64,000 nucleotides of DNA, taken from assembly GCA_049720225.1 (NCBI GenBank), contig JBNASD010000001.1, positions 100,733 through 164,732 of the forward strand, in the 5' to 3' direction. A model generated the notes under the pieces. That model was given only the letters and a program-made list of their open reading frames with translations, searched no databases and was not told the DNA's origin. The position numbers were made by a program, and so were the translations under genes. Source of the stretch: Microgenomates group bacterium (lineage in GTDB: Bacteria > Patescibacteriota > Microgenomatia > PFEM01 > JBNASD01). This document shows, one piece after another, positions 35,493 to 46,013 of this stretch; the first letter of the stretch is position 1; the number at the start of each line of letters is the position of its first letter.

Positions 35493-36711
35493 AGGGTTCT
35501 TTTAAAGAAAAAGAAAATAATATTCCTGCAAAAATTCCTATTATTATTAATACCAACTTAATTCCCAATAAATCAACTATCACTCCAATCATTAAAATGG
35601 GTAAAATTGATCCTAAAGTAATTAAAAAACCTAAAACCCCATAAATTCTTCCATAAAAATCTTTAGGAGTATTTTCTTGAATAAAAGTTTGCGAAGGAAC
35701 TACTAAAAAAACAAAAGATAATCCCAAAAAGAAAGCAATAATTGCCGTTAAAATAATCTTAAAATTTCCATTAAATAAAGGAATTATTAATCCCAAAAAA
35801 AGAAAAGAAAAAGTAGAAAAACCTAAACCAGAAGAAATTAAAGTCTTTTTTCTTATTTTTTCGGTTAATCTTTTAGAAGCCAAAATTCCTCCAATTAATG
35901 CTCCTAAACCAGCTGGAGAAATTAAGGCTAAACCAGAGTCAACCACCGGAATCTTTAAAATATCCTGAGAAAATATGGGAACAATCACCGCCAAAATACT
36001 AACAATTATTTGGGCACAAACCAAAATTGCTAAAGGAAAAAGAATCAAAGGGTTGTTTTTAAAATAATAATACCCCTCTTTTATTTTTTCAAAAAAAATT
36101 AAAGGAGTAACTTCTTTTTCCTTCGTTTTTTTAATTCCTGAAGGTAGAAAATAAACAGAAAGGGTAGCTAAAAGCAAAAAAATTCCGCATAAGAAAAAAA
36201 CATTTTGGGTCTCTCCCAAAAGACGAATTAACGGCCCAGCCAAACTGAAACCAACTAAAAAGGTAGCATTTACAGTAAACATAAAAATAGTATTGGCAAC
36301 TGGATAAAGCTTCCGAGGAATTAAAAATGGCAAAGTCGAACCTTCAGCTGGTAAATAAAGTTGGTTAAATAAAGAATAAAGAAAAATAAGCGAATAAATA
36401 ACTAGTGGTTTAATTTTTCCACTAATATATAAAAAGGCAATTATTGCTTGAATAAAGTTAGTAATCAAAAGAATTTTTCTTTTGTCGAGTAAATCGACTA
36501 CCACCCCAGAAAATGGACCTAAAAGTAAAGCGGGAATAGCGTAAAAAAACCAAATTAAAGAAACCGCCGCCGTTGAAGAGGTTTTTTCAAAAATAATGAC
36601 CGTTAAAGTAAAATTAATTAAATTAACGGTAATTTGCGAAAGCAATTGGGAAAACCACAAAAAAACAAATTTCGTTTTTAAAACTTCCCAAAAATAATTT
36701 TTCATTGCCAA
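35467..36711 (-). CDS. MFS transporter
   Basis: Has 12 predicted TM helices and an MFS motif region, 'GPFSGVVVDLLDKRK'. Confidence 0.65.
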   Translation of the reverse strand: MAMKNYFWEVLKTKFVFLWFSQLLSQITVNLINFTLTVIIFEKTSSTAAVSLIWFFYAIPALLLGPFSGVVVDLLDKRKILLITNFIQAIIAFLYISGKIKPLVIYSLIFLYSLFNQLYLPAEGSTLPFLIPRKLYPVANTIFMFTVNATFLVGFSLAGPLIRLLGETQNVFFLCGIFLLLATLSVYFLPSGIKKTKEKEVTPLIFFEKIKEGYYYFKNNPLILFPLAILVCAQIIVSILAVIVPIFSQDILKIPVVDSGLALISPAGLGALIGGILASKRLTEKIRKKTLISSGLGFSTFSFLFLGLIIPLFNGNFKIILTAIIAFFLGLSFVFLVVPSQTFIQENTPKDFYGRIYGVLGFLITLGSILPILMIGVIVDLLGIKLVLIIIGIFAGILFSFSLKEPYELINHKI

Positions 36712-38105
36712 TCCTCCTCAATTTTTTTCCCAATCTGAAAAAGCAATTCCTCTTTAAATTGAGGAGCAATAAGTTGAACTCCTACCGGTAAATTATCAAT
36801 TAGTCCTACTGGAATGCTTATTCCCGGTAAACCAGCTAAACTAGCGGGAATAGTAAAAATATCCGAAAGATACATTTGTAAAGGATTGCTAATTTTTTCT
36901 CCTAATTTAAACGACAAACTAGGAGAAACCGGCGTTAAAATTAAATCCACTTTTTCAAATGCTTTTTGGAAATCTTGTCTAATTAAAGTCCTTACTTTCA
37001 TTGCCTGAAGGTAATAAGCATCATAATAACCAGCGGAAAGAACATAAGTTCCTAACATTATTCTTCTTTTGGCTTCTGCCCCAAATTTTTCTCGGCCAAA
37101 ACCAAATCTGATTCCATCGTATCGAGCTAAATTTGAAGACACTTCTGCTGGTTGAATAATATAATAAACGGAGACCGCATATTTCGTTAAAGGTAAAGAA
37201 ATCTCTTTAATTTTTACTCCCTTTTTTTCCAATAACTTCGCCGTTTCTAAAACTCTTTTTTCAATTCTTTTATCAATTCCTTTAATAAAATATTCTTTAG
37301 GAATTCCTATTTTTAATCCTTTTATCGGTTTTTTCATTTCAGAAAGATAATCCGGGACTGGTAAAGGAGAAGTGGTGGCATCGTTTTCATCTTTTCCCGC
37401 GGTAATTTTTAAAACTAAAGCGGAATCAGTAACATCCTTGGTAAAATGACCAATCGTGTCTAAAGAAGAAGCCATGGCGATTACCCCAAATCGCGATACC
37501 CGTCCATAACTTGGTTTTAATCCCACCACTCCACAAAAACCTGCCGGTTGCCTAATCGAACCGCCGGTATCAGTCCCGGTAGCAATTAACGCCATCTTTC
37601 CGGCAATTGCCACCGCCGAACCACTACTGGAACCACCAGGAACGCGGGTTAAATCGTAAGGGTTTTTAGTTGGTCCAAAATCAGAATTTTCTCCCGATGA
37701 GCCGTGCCCCCAAGCATCACAATTAGCTTTTCCGACAATAATTGCTCCTGCCTCTTTTAATTTTTTTACCACCGTCCCATCGTAGGGGGGAATCCAGTCT
37801 TCTAAAACTTTTGAGCCCGCGGTCGTTCTTATTCCTTCGGTAACAAATAAATCTTTATGAACAACGGGAACTCCTAACAGCGGAAATTTTTCAATTAATT
37901 TTTCGTTCCCCTGTTTTTTAATTAATAAATCCCATTTTTTAGCTTCCGTTTTTGCCTCCTTGAAACAAGGAGTAATTAAAGCATTTAATTGGGGATTTAG
38001 TTTTTCTATTTTTTCTAAAAAAGCACTAATTATTTCTTGGCAAGAAATTTCTTTCTTTTTAAGTTTTTCTTGAAGTTGGAAAATCGTTAAGTCGGCAAGG
38101 TCCAT
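36702..38105 (-). CDS. gatA: Glutamyl-tRNA(Gln) amidotransferase subunit A
   Basis: Has the amidase signature 'GGSSSGSAVAIA' and the catalytic 'DTGGSIRQPA'. Confidence 0.9.
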   Translation of the reverse strand: MDLADLTIFQLQEKLKKKEISCQEIISAFLEKIEKLNPQLNALITPCFKEAKTEAKKWDLLIKKQGNEKLIEKFPLLGVPVVHKDLFVTEGIRTTAGSKVLEDWIPPYDGTVVKKLKEAGAIIVGKANCDAWGHGSSGENSDFGPTKNPYDLTRVPGGSSSGSAVAIAGKMALIATGTDTGGSIRQPAGFCGVVGLKPSYGRVSRFGVIAMASSLDTIGHFTKDVTDSALVLKITAGKDENDATTSPLPVPDYLSEMKKPIKGLKIGIPKEYFIKGIDKRIEKRVLETAKLLEKKGVKIKEISLPLTKYAVSVYYIIQPAEVSSNLARYDGIRFGFGREKFGAEAKRRIMLGTYVLSAGYYDAYYLQAMKVRTLIRQDFQKAFEKVDLILTPVSPSLSFKLGEKISNPLQMYLSDIFTIPASLAGLPGISIPVGLIDNLPVGVQLIAPQFKEELLFQIGKKIEEDWQ

Positions 38106-38111
38106 TTTTAT

Positions 38112-38399
38112 TTATTTTTCTAAAATTGCCTTTACTTTAAAAAATCCTTTAACTTTTGCTTTGCCTTCCCGAAGGGCTACTTGGGAAGATAAACCAGGTT
38201 TAACTTCGTCTGGTCGAAAAACATTTTCTAAAGCAGTTACTTGAGCCGTTGGTTCAACCTCTTTAGTGTTCAACTTCCTTAAAACTCTGATGTGGTTTAA
38301 TATTTCTGATAACTGGCGCGAATAGATTTCTAATTCCTTGGCAGTCAAAGATAAACACGCCAGTTTAGCAATATGTTTTACCTGGGCTTTAGTTAACAT
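38112..38399 (-). CDS. gatC: Glutamyl-tRNA(Gln) amidotransferase subunit C
   Basis: It is 95 aa, with 'VKHIAKLACLSLTAKELEIYSRQLSEIL' typical of GatC. It is positioned gatC-gatA. Confidence 0.8.
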   Translation of the reverse strand: MLTKAQVKHIAKLACLSLTAKELEIYSRQLSEILNHIRVLRKLNTKEVEPTAQVTALENVFRPDEVKPGLSSQVALREGKAKVKGFFKVKAILEK

Positions 38400-38406
38400 T
38401 TATTTT

Positions 38407-39303
38407 TTAAACCATTTCTTTAAGACGCCTAATTCTTTCTTCAATCGGAGGATGGGTGCTAAATAAATTGGCAAACCAACCAACATTATTTTTAAGATTT
38501 TTCAAAGGATTAACAATATAAAGATGGGCAGTAGCTTTATTAGCAACTTCTAATGGTTCTTTATCTTTAGCAATTTTTTCTAGCGCAGAAGCCAGACCCA
38601 AAGGATAGCGGGTTAGCATTACCGCCGATGAATCAGCTAAAAATTCTCTTCTTCGAGATAAAGCCAACTGAATCAAACGGGCAATTAAGGGAGAAAGGAG
38701 AGCTAAAATGATTCCTATTAAAAGGAAAATTTCTCCTCCTCGTTTATACTCTCTACTTTTTCCTCCGCTTCCCATTCTTAAAAACCAATCACCTAATAAA
38801 CTAATCATTCCCACTAAAATGGTAACAATACTCATTAGCCGAATATCATAATTTTTAATATGGGAAATTTCGTGAGCAATTACCCCCTCTAATTCCGTCC
38901 GATTTAGTTTTTCCAATAAACCGCGGGTAGCACAAATCACCGCATGCTGGGGGTCTCTTCCGGTAGCAAAAGCATTAGGAGCAGAATCCTCAATTACATA
39001 AAGTTTTGGCATCGGGATTTGGGCCGCCATTGCCAAATTTTCCGTGACTGTATAAAAATTGAAATCCCTTTCTCTATCTGCCAAGCGAGCGTTAGAAATA
39101 ATCAAAATTAACTTATCTCCCCACCAATAACTGGAAAAACTAATTAATCCCGAAAAAATTAATGCCAATCCTACTACATCCCAACCATAACCAAAAGCTT
39201 TGGCCATTAACCAGACCACTGCCGTGATAAAAACGACAAATAAAATCATAATCAAAGCACTTCTTTTCTTATTGCTTTCTTGAACTTCATAAACGTTAAG
39301 CAT
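38407..39303 (-). CDS. htpX: Zn-dependent protease HtpX (M48)
   Basis: 'HEISHIKNYD' is the HExxH motif, and a downstream Glu ('EFLADSSAV') is present. Has TM helices and an AGGAGG RBS. Confidence 0.85.
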   Translation of the reverse strand: MLNVYEVQESNKKRSALIMILFVVFITAVVWLMAKAFGYGWDVVGLALIFSGLISFSSYWWGDKLILIISNARLADRERDFNFYTVTENLAMAAQIPMPKLYVIEDSAPNAFATGRDPQHAVICATRGLLEKLNRTELEGVIAHEISHIKNYDIRLMSIVTILVGMISLLGDWFLRMGSGGKSREYKRGGEIFLLIGIILALLSPLIARLIQLALSRRREFLADSSAVMLTRYPLGLASALEKIAKDKEPLEVANKATAHLYIVNPLKNLKNNVGWFANLFSTHPPIEERIRRLKEMV

Positions 39304-39325
39304 TTCCTTTTCCTCCTTTTTTATT

Positions 39326-39916
39326 TTATTCCAATTTTACTTTCGGTGTTTTTAGTTCTTCTTCTTTAACCTCTATATGTTCTCCTTCCTCAGGAGCTTT
39401 CAATCCTACCTCTGGTTTAAAATTAAACAATTTTCCCACTAAATTTGAAGGAAAAGTCGCCAGCATCACATTATAATCGGCCGTTAAGTCAATTAAAGTT
39501 CTTCGGGCATACATTACTTTATCAGCGGTATCTCTTAATTCATCCATTAACTTCATTGTTGGCTCCGCTGAGCGTAATTGGGGGGTGGATTCAAACAATG
39601 CCCTAATTGGCGCGAGCGCTTGATTAAGTTTTTCGCTGGCATTAACTAGTTTTTGCGCTTCTTGACTACTAATTGCTTCCATCACTACTTTTCGCGCTTC
39701 GGTTATTTTTTCAAAAATTTCCTTTTCTTGCTTAAAATACCCTTTTACTGCTTCTGTTAAATTCGGAATTAAGTCTGCCTGTCTTTTTAACTGATTACCA
39801 ATTTCCTGAATTGAAGCTTTGATTCTCGTTTTCGTAGCGACAAAGCGATTATAAATACTCCAAATATAAACCCCTATTCCTAATAAAATAACCAGGAGAA
39901 TTAAAGGTAAATTCAT
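39326..39916 (-). CDS. lemA: LemA family protein
   Basis: Has an N-terminal TM and a LemA-type helical domain ('RFVATKTRIKASIQEIGNQLKRQADLIPNL'). It is in the classic lemA-htpX pairing. Confidence 0.8.
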   Translation of the reverse strand: MNLPLILLVILLGIGVYIWSIYNRFVATKTRIKASIQEIGNQLKRQADLIPNLTEAVKGYFKQEKEIFEKITEARKVVMEAISSQEAQKLVNASEKLNQALAPIRALFESTPQLRSAEPTMKLMDELRDTADKVMYARRTLIDLTADYNVMLATFPSNLVGKLFNFKPEVGLKAPEEGEHIEVKEEELKTPKVKLE

Positions 39917-39954
39917 TTTTTTTCACCTCCTTTCTTGACTGCTCACTTATTACT

Positions 39955-41790
39955 TTAGTTTTTTAGTTTTAACTTCTTTATTATTGTATCACAATCTAAA
40001 GTATTAACAATATCTTTTTTTTCTGCCCAACCACGACGCGCCACCGCCACCCCATATTCCATTAAATAAAGATGATCAAAAGCATGAGAATCGGTATTAA
40101 TAATCATTTTCACACCGTTTTTCACCGCTTCTCTCACTAGACTATCGGGTAAATCTAATCGATCCGGCCAAGCATTAATTTCTAACCATTTATCATATTT
40201 TAAACAAAAAGCAAAAATTTTCTCCCAATCTAATTCATATCCTTCTCGTTTACCGATTTTTCTTCCTGTAGGATGACCAAGAATTTTCACTTTAGGATGA
40301 GCCAAGGCCCGCAAAATCCTTTTAGTCATTTTTTTTCTTGGCATTCGAAAATTACTATGAACAGAAGCAATTGCATAATCTAAATAACTAAAGGCTTTAT
40401 CTGGCAACGCTAATTCTCCATTTGGTTTTATATCTATCTCAAGACCATTAAATACTTTTTTGAGTAATTTATTTACTCTTGAGTAATTTATTTTATCAAT
40501 ATAATCTTTTTTTCTCTTAATTAATTCAATTATTTGTTTTTCAGTATGCTGAGACTGAGAAGGATTATGCTCGGCAAAACCAAGATATTCATAACCCAGA
40601 TTTTCGGCGGAGACAATCATTTTTTCAATCGTATCTTGGCCAGGATCGTGACTTTCTTCAATTGGAAAATTGGAATGAGTATGAAGATCTCCCTTAATAT
40701 CTTTTAGAGTGACTAAATTAGGTAGTTTTCCTTTTTGTGCCGCCTCTATTTCGCCGGTGTCTTCTCTTAATTCTGGAGGAATCCAAGGCAACCCTAAAGC
40801 TTGATAGAATTCTTCTTCATTGGCAAATTCATAAATTTTCATTTTTGAGTTATAGTTTTTCATTTTAAGTTTTTGTCCCGCTAATTTTTTTACTACTTTA
40901 ATCCCATATTCCGATAAACTCAAACCCATTTTTAAAGCGAGTTCTCGTAAATGAATATTATGTTGTTTGCTTCCGGTAAAATATTGAAGCATTGCCCCAT
41001 AAGCGGTCGGTCTTTGCACTCTTAAATCAACCTGCCTTCCATTGGTTAAAACTACCGAAGTGCCCGAGGGTCCTTTTTCGATGATTTTTCTAATTTTTGG
41101 AAATTTTAAAAAATAACTAATTACTTTTTCTGGCTGATTAGTCGCCACCGCAATATCGATATCTCCCACGGTGGCGGTTTTTCTTCTTAAACTTCCCAAG
41201 GGATCAGCTCTTAATACCGCGGAATTTTTTTCCAAATAACTAAGAATTTCCTTGGTCATTTCCCAGGCATAAGGTAAATTCATTCGATTTTCCTTAATTT
41301 CTCCCTTTTTAAATGCCGCTATTGCTTCTAAAATATTTTTTTGCGAAGTTTCTCCAAAAGTTTCAATTAAGGCAATTTTTCCTTCTTTTCCTGCTTTTTC
41401 TAATTTATCAATTGCTCCTTTTGCTTCCCAAATTCCCAATTCTTGACAAAGTTTATAAGCCCGTTTAGCCCCTAAACCAGGAAGTTCTAGCAATTCAAAC
41501 ATTGCTGGAGGAAGATTTTTCATTAAATTTTCAAAGTGTTTCACTCTACCGGTTCTAAAAAGTTCATCTAAATGACTGGCAATACTTTTGCCAATTCCCG
41601 GAACTTCATCTAATTTTCCATCATCCCATAAATCTTTTAATTCAGAGGTGGCATGCTCTACTGCGGTGGCCGCTCGATCATAAGCCATTACTTTAAATTT
41701 ATTTCCTCCCTTTACTTCATAAGCAGCGGCGACCGACCGAAGAAGTTTAGCGATTTCCTGATTGTTCATTTTTAATGAAAATCTTATCAC
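39955..41790 (-). CDS. polX: DNA polymerase X family protein, Pol-beta-like core plus a C-terminal PHP phosphoesterase
   Basis: Has the HhH 'LPGLGAKRAYKL', the NT-transferase 'VGDIDIAV', and the C-terminal PHP His cluster 'DLHTHSNF...FAEHNP...HPTGRK...TDSHA'. Confidence 0.85.
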   Translation of the reverse strand: MIRFSLKMNNQEIAKLLRSVAAAYEVKGGNKFKVMAYDRAATAVEHATSELKDLWDDGKLDEVPGIGKSIASHLDELFRTGRVKHFENLMKNLPPAMFELLELPGLGAKRAYKLCQELGIWEAKGAIDKLEKAGKEGKIALIETFGETSQKNILEAIAAFKKGEIKENRMNLPYAWEMTKEILSYLEKNSAVLRADPLGSLRRKTATVGDIDIAVATNQPEKVISYFLKFPKIRKIIEKGPSGTSVVLTNGRQVDLRVQRPTAYGAMLQYFTGSKQHNIHLRELALKMGLSLSEYGIKVVKKLAGQKLKMKNYNSKMKIYEFANEEEFYQALGLPWIPPELREDTGEIEAAQKGKLPNLVTLKDIKGDLHTHSNFPIEESHDPGQDTIEKMIVSAENLGYEYLGFAEHNPSQSQHTEKQIIELIKRKKDYIDKINYSRVNKLLKKVFNGLEIDIKPNGELALPDKAFSYLDYAIASVHSNFRMPRKKMTKRILRALAHPKVKILGHPTGRKIGKREGYELDWEKIFAFCLKYDKWLEINAWPDRLDLPDSLVREAVKNGVKMIINTDSHAFDHLYLMEYGVAVARRGWAEKKDIVNTLDCDTIIKKLKLKN

Positions 41791-41835
41791 AAAAATTGAC
41801 TGTTTCTCAATCTTTTGTTAATATTATTTTAAATT

Positions 41836-41912
41836 GGGGTTGTAGCTCAACTGGTCAGAGCATCCGCCTGTCACGCGGAAGGTTGCGGGTTCGAGCCCCG
41901 TCAACCCCGCCA
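41836..41912 (+). tRNA. tRNA-Asp (anticodon GTC), CCA encoded
   Basis: GGGGTTGTAGCTCAACTGG...anticodon loop CUGUCAC...GGTTCGAGCCC...CAACCCCGCCA. Confidence 0.85.
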
Positions 41913-41972
41913 GATTCTGCCCTCCCCCCAAAGGGGATTCTGCCCAGAAAGGAGGATTCCAATCGCTAAAAA

Positions 41973-42539
41973 GTGGAAAAATTAAAAAAGTTCCTTAAAA
42001 AAATAAAAGACAATGAATCTTTAATTAGTCTGGTTTTAGGAATTTTGGTCGTTTTGGTCGCCGGTGCCTTGGTGATTAACTATTTTCGCAACCGACCAAA
42101 GACTTCTTTGGTAGAAGAAGAAACTGTAAAACAAGAAACAACAACAGAAACTCAACAAGAAACCCAAAAATTGCCTACCTTATATACCGTTAAAAAGGGA
42201 GATAATCTTTGGAAAATTGCTGAAGAAATTTATGGTTCAGGATACAACTGGGTGGATTTAGCCAAAGAGAATAATTTAAAAAATCCCAATATTTTATTAA
42301 TTGGTCAAGAATTAAAGGTACCGCCGGTAGAACCAAAAACCATTACTAAGAAACCAGTAGCCAGCGTTGGTAGTCCAATTGAGGGAGATACCTATACCGT
42401 CGTTAAGGGTGATCATCTTTGGGGTATTGCTTTACGGGCTTATGGCGATGGTTACCAATGGGTGAAAATCGCTCGGGAAAATAAATTGGCTAATCCTAAT
42501 TTAATTCATCCGGGGAATGTTTTAAAAATCCCCCGCTAA
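41973..42539 (+). CDS. LysM-domain protein (two LysM repeats) with an N-terminal TM anchor
   Basis: Two 'YTV.KGD.LW.IA...Y..G..W..I...N.L.NPN.I..G..L.IP' LysM modules. Confidence 0.8.
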   Translation: MEKLKKFLKKIKDNESLISLVLGILVVLVAGALVINYFRNRPKTSLVEEETVKQETTTETQQETQKLPTLYTVKKGDNLWKIAEEIYGSGYNWVDLAKENNLKNPNILLIGQELKVPPVEPKTITKKPVASVGSPIEGDTYTVVKGDHLWGIALRAYGDGYQWVKIARENKLANPNLIHPGNVLKIPR

Positions 42540-42576
42540 ATAAATGTTATAATTTTTATAATATTTATTTCTTAAC

Positions 42577-42647
42577 GCGGGATTAGTTGAGCGGTTCAAC
42601 GCCACCTTCCCAAGGTGGAAAGACGGGTTCGACTCCCGTATCCCGCT
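42577..42647 (+). tRNA. tRNA-Gly (anticodon CCC)
   Basis: GCGGGATTAGTTGAGCGG...anticodon loop UUCCCAA...GGTTCGACTCC...ATCCCGCT. Confidence 0.8.
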
Positions 42648-42669
42648 CTCTTTTTTGATAAAGAAAAAA

Positions 42670-44064
42670 ATGGGTTTTAAAAAATCAATAATCTTTTTTG
42701 TTTTTTTTCTCCTCTTCAGTTTTTTTACTCCGTCAGTAAAAGCCAACGAAGAAATTAATAAATTTGGCATTCATATTTTAGAACCAACTGATATTCCTTT
42801 AGCCGCCCAACTAGTAAATTCTTCTGGTGGTGATTGGGGGTGGGTAACTATCGTGATTCGCGATAATGATTTAAATTTTCAAAAATGGCAGCAATTTATG
42901 AATCTTTGTCGAGAAAACCACCTTATTCCTTTAGTTCGCTTGGCTACTCATCCGGAAAATGATATTTGGGTAAAACCTAAACTTTCTGATAGCCAAAAAT
43001 GGGTAGAATTTCTTAATCAGCTTAATTGGCCAGTAAAAGACCGTTATTTAATTATTTTTAATGAGCCAAATCATGCCAAAGAATGGGGAGGGGAAATTAA
43101 TCCTCAAGAATATGCTCAAATATTAGCGACCTTTGCCTCCGAATTTAAAAAAACTAATCCTAATTTTCAAATTCTTAATGCCGGTTTTGATTTAGCCGCC
43201 CCTAATTCTTCAAAAACAATGGATGTTTTCTTATTTTGGCAAAAAATGACTCAAGCGGTGCCAGGAATTTTTAATCTTTTAGATGGTTGGGCCTCTCATT
43301 CTTATCCCAATCATGGATTTAAAGGAAAACCAACTGACGTGGGAAAAGCTACTATCAGGGGTTATCAGTGGGAAATAAAAATGCTTAAAAAATATTTTGA
43401 ACTTAAAAAGGATTTGCCCGTTTTTATTACCGAAACTGGCTGGCCAAAAAAAAGTAAACAAAATTCTCTCTTTTATCCTGAAAAAACAACCGCCGAATAT
43501 TTAAAAACCGCCTTTCTTGACCTTTGGTTAAAAGATAAATCAATTAAAGCAATTACCCCTTTTGTTTTAAACTATCCCCAACCCCCTTTTGAAGAATTTT
43601 CTTGGATAGACGCTCAAGGGAATTTTTCTTATCAATACGAAGTAATAAAAAATCTTCCTAAAAAAAATTGGTGGCCCCCTCAGGAAGAAAAATACCAAAT
43701 AATTAAAATCTTAACCCCTCCTTTTATGCTTACCAAAAGCAAATTTCAGGGAAAAGCAATAATTAAAAATGTTGGTCAATCAATTTTAGGAGAAAAAGAA
43801 GAGTTTATTATTCCCTCAAAATCAACTAATTCTTCTTTAGTTTATCTTTCCCCTCTAATTCTTAAAGAAAAATTGAAACCTTTTGAAGAAGGAACATTAG
43901 AATTTTTGTTAATAACTTCTACTTCTTCTGGAGAATTTAATTTAGGGTGGGAAAATGGCTTGAGTTTTCAGTTGCGCGTTTTTCAGCCGAGTGTAATTAA
44001 AAAAATCGAATATTCTTTTTGGGAAAAAATCCTTTTGAAAATTAAGGAAATTTTTAACTTTTAG
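42670..44064 (+). CDS. Secreted clan GH-A (GH5-like) glycoside hydrolase
   Basis: Has a signal peptide. The acid/base 'IIFNEPNH' (NEP) and nucleophile 'FITETGWP' (TE.G) motifs are spaced as in a (beta/alpha)8 barrel. Confidence 0.55.
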   Translation: MGFKKSIIFFVFFLLFSFFTPSVKANEEINKFGIHILEPTDIPLAAQLVNSSGGDWGWVTIVIRDNDLNFQKWQQFMNLCRENHLIPLVRLATHPENDIWVKPKLSDSQKWVEFLNQLNWPVKDRYLIIFNEPNHAKEWGGEINPQEYAQILATFASEFKKTNPNFQILNAGFDLAAPNSSKTMDVFLFWQKMTQAVPGIFNLLDGWASHSYPNHGFKGKPTDVGKATIRGYQWEIKMLKKYFELKKDLPVFITETGWPKKSKQNSLFYPEKTTAEYLKTAFLDLWLKDKSIKAITPFVLNYPQPPFEEFSWIDAQGNFSYQYEVIKNLPKKNWWPPQEEKYQIIKILTPPFMLTKSKFQGKAIIKNVGQSILGEKEEFIIPSKSTNSSLVYLSPLILKEKLKPFEEGTLEFLLITSTSSGEFNLGWENGLSFQLRVFQPSVIKKIEYSFWEKILLKIKEIFNF

Positions 44065-44092
44065 GTTAATTTTGCTAAAATTAAAAAGATTG

Positions 44093-44164
44093 GCTGGCGT
44101 AGCTCAGAGGCAGAGCAACGGTTTCGTAAACCGTCGGTCGTGGGTTCGAGTCCCACCGCCAGCT
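44093..44164 (+). tRNA. tRNA-Thr (anticodon CGT)
   Basis: GCTGGCGTAGCTCAGAGGCAGAGC...anticodon loop UUCGUAA...GGTTCGAGTCC...CGCCAGCT. Confidence 0.8.
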
Positions 44165-44173
44165 CTTATTCAA

Positions 44174-44890
44174 ATGAAAAAATTTTCTTCATCACGTTTA
44201 GAAAGAATAAGAGAAAAAAAGGAAATTCGAAGGGCAGTTCTTTTTTTAATTCTTTCTTTTTTTCTTCTTTTTCTTTTTATCAATTGGGGTTTTCCCGGAT
44301 TGATAAAATTAGCAGTTTACCTAGGAAACCTAAAAAGCAACAGCGGTAATCAAAAAGACGACATTATTCCTCCTCCACCTCCTACTTTTTCCTTTATTCC
44401 CGAAGCCACTTCTTCAGCCACCATTAATCTTGCTGGCTTTGCCGAACCAGGAGTAAAAGTAGAAATTTTTCTCAATGGTGAAAAAGAAAAAGAAGTAATC
44501 AGCCTTCAAGACGGCACTTTTTCTACCGGAACAATAGTCCTTAATGAAGGAGAAAACGAACTTTATATTAAAGCGATTGATAACGCTGGCAACCAAAGTC
44601 AACCTTCGGAAAAATTTAAAATTATTTATGACGCTACCCCTCCAGAATTAATAATTGAAAAACCAAAAGATGGCGATACTTTTTATAATTTAGATAACAA
44701 AATTGAAATTAAAGGAAAAAGTGAGCCTGACGTTCAAATAACAGTCAATGACCACTTAGCGATTGTCAATCCTCAAGGAGAATTCAGTTATCCCCTTACC
44801 CTTTCTTTGGGAGAAAACAAAATTAAAATTGTCGCTACCGATATTGCCGGTAACCAAACCGAAAAAGAAATTACAGTTTACTTAGAATAA
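44174..44890 (+). CDS. Secreted/anchored Ig-like (Big-like) domain protein
   Basis: Start at MKKFSSS just after tRNA-Thr. Has an N-terminal TM or signal segment and the Ig-like motifs 'YIKAIDNAGNQS' and 'KIVATDIAGNQT'. Confidence 0.5.
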   Translation: MKKFSSSRLERIREKKEIRRAVLFLILSFFLLFLFINWGFPGLIKLAVYLGNLKSNSGNQKDDIIPPPPPTFSFIPEATSSATINLAGFAEPGVKVEIFLNGEKEKEVISLQDGTFSTGTIVLNEGENELYIKAIDNAGNQSQPSEKFKIIYDATPPELIIEKPKDGDTFYNLDNKIEIKGKSEPDVQITVNDHLAIVNPQGEFSYPLTLSLGENKIKIVATDIAGNQTEKEITVYLE

Positions 44891-46013
44891 TCGCCAACCA
44901 GCCCATTACCCAAGGATAAAATAAAGTGTTATTAAAAAAAGAATGAATTATTACCGCCACTAAAGAAGCAAAAATTAACGGTGATTTTTTAATTGCGTGG
45001 CAAAAAATTTCTCTCAATAAAAACAACACTGCTATTCCTCCTAAGATTCCGGTGGTAGCAAGAATGAACAAAAAGCTATTATCTACCCCTGCCCCCGAAT
45101 GAGAAATCAACCATTTCTCTTCGTCCAAAAAACCATATTTTCTTTGAGTATAGCGGTAGGTATTAAAGCCTACCCCTAAAAGAGGATTATCTTTAAAAAT
45201 AATCATCGCCTGGTACCAATTTTTTACTCGGGCTTCTATTGAAAAAACTCTTTCTAACTTTACCCCCTCCCCTCCCCATTTTCTTGGCAAAATTATAACC
45301 GTTATAAAAATTATTAAAATTATTAAAGGAATTATTTTTATTTTTTTCTTTAAAATCGCTAAACTGGCAATTCCCCCCAAAAAAGCCAAATAAGAAGCCC
45401 GGGAATAAGTTAAGGCCAAAGATAGATAGCCAATAATTAAAAGGAAATAATAAATAGCTTTTTTTTGAAAATTTTCTATTATTAAAATTAAGGTTAAAAC
45501 TAAAATTATCCCGGTGAAATTGGGGTCTAAAAACGTTCCTACTAGTCGATAAAAATGATCATCCCAGCCAAAAAGACTTAATATTCTTAAATCAGGCCAA
45601 AAAAAATATTGAATTAATCCAAAAATTGCGGTCGCCCCCCCAACCGTTAATAAATATTTTTGCCAATTTTGCCAATTAATCTGTTTTAATAATAAATAAA
45701 ATCCAAAATAAGCGGTTAATCTCAACCAGTAAAGACTGCTAACCAAAATTTCTCTTTTTTCTAAAAAAGGAATTTTAACAATTAAAGACAACCCGGCAAT
45801 TCCTAAAAAAATAATCATTAACTTTGCTAATCTCTCAATTTTTTCTCTCGTTATTCCAATCAAACCAATTAGACCACTTACTCCAATTATTAAATCAGTT
45901 AAATAAATATTTACTTCAGGAAAATTAGCCATTTTTATCGGTAAACGTGCCAATTGTCCAAAAGGAAATAAAACTAAATATAAAAAAATTAATCCCTCAC
46001 TAATTTTTTTCAT
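44871..46013 (-). CDS. O-antigen ligase/polymerase family (Wzy_C-like) membrane protein
   Basis: Has about 10 TM helices and a periplasmic loop with 'TYSRASYLAFLGG' typical of the O-antigen ligase domain. Confidence 0.55.
   Translation of the reverse strand: MKKISEGLIFLYLVLFPFGQLARLPIKMANFPEVNIYLTDLIIGVSGLIGLIGITREKIERLAKLMIIFLGIAGLSLIVKIPFLEKREILVSSLYWLRLTAYFGFYLLLKQINWQNWQKYLLTVGGATAIFGLIQYFFWPDLRILSLFGWDDHFYRLVGTFLDPNFTGIILVLTLILIIENFQKKAIYYFLLIIGYLSLALTYSRASYLAFLGGIASLAILKKKIKIIPLIILIIFITVIILPRKWGGEGVKLERVFSIEARVKNWYQAMIIFKDNPLLGVGFNTYRYTQRKYGFLDEEKWLISHSGAGVDNSFLFILATTGILGGIAVLFLLREIFCHAIKKSPLIFASLVAVIIHSFFNNTLFYPWVMGWLAIILSKL

Noticed and set aside
41775-41969. 64-aa ORF spanning tRNA-Asp, and the similar ORFs 42522-42770(-) and 44140-44349 over tRNA-Gly/Thr
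   Set aside because: They overlap clear tRNA cloverleafs, so they are spurious.
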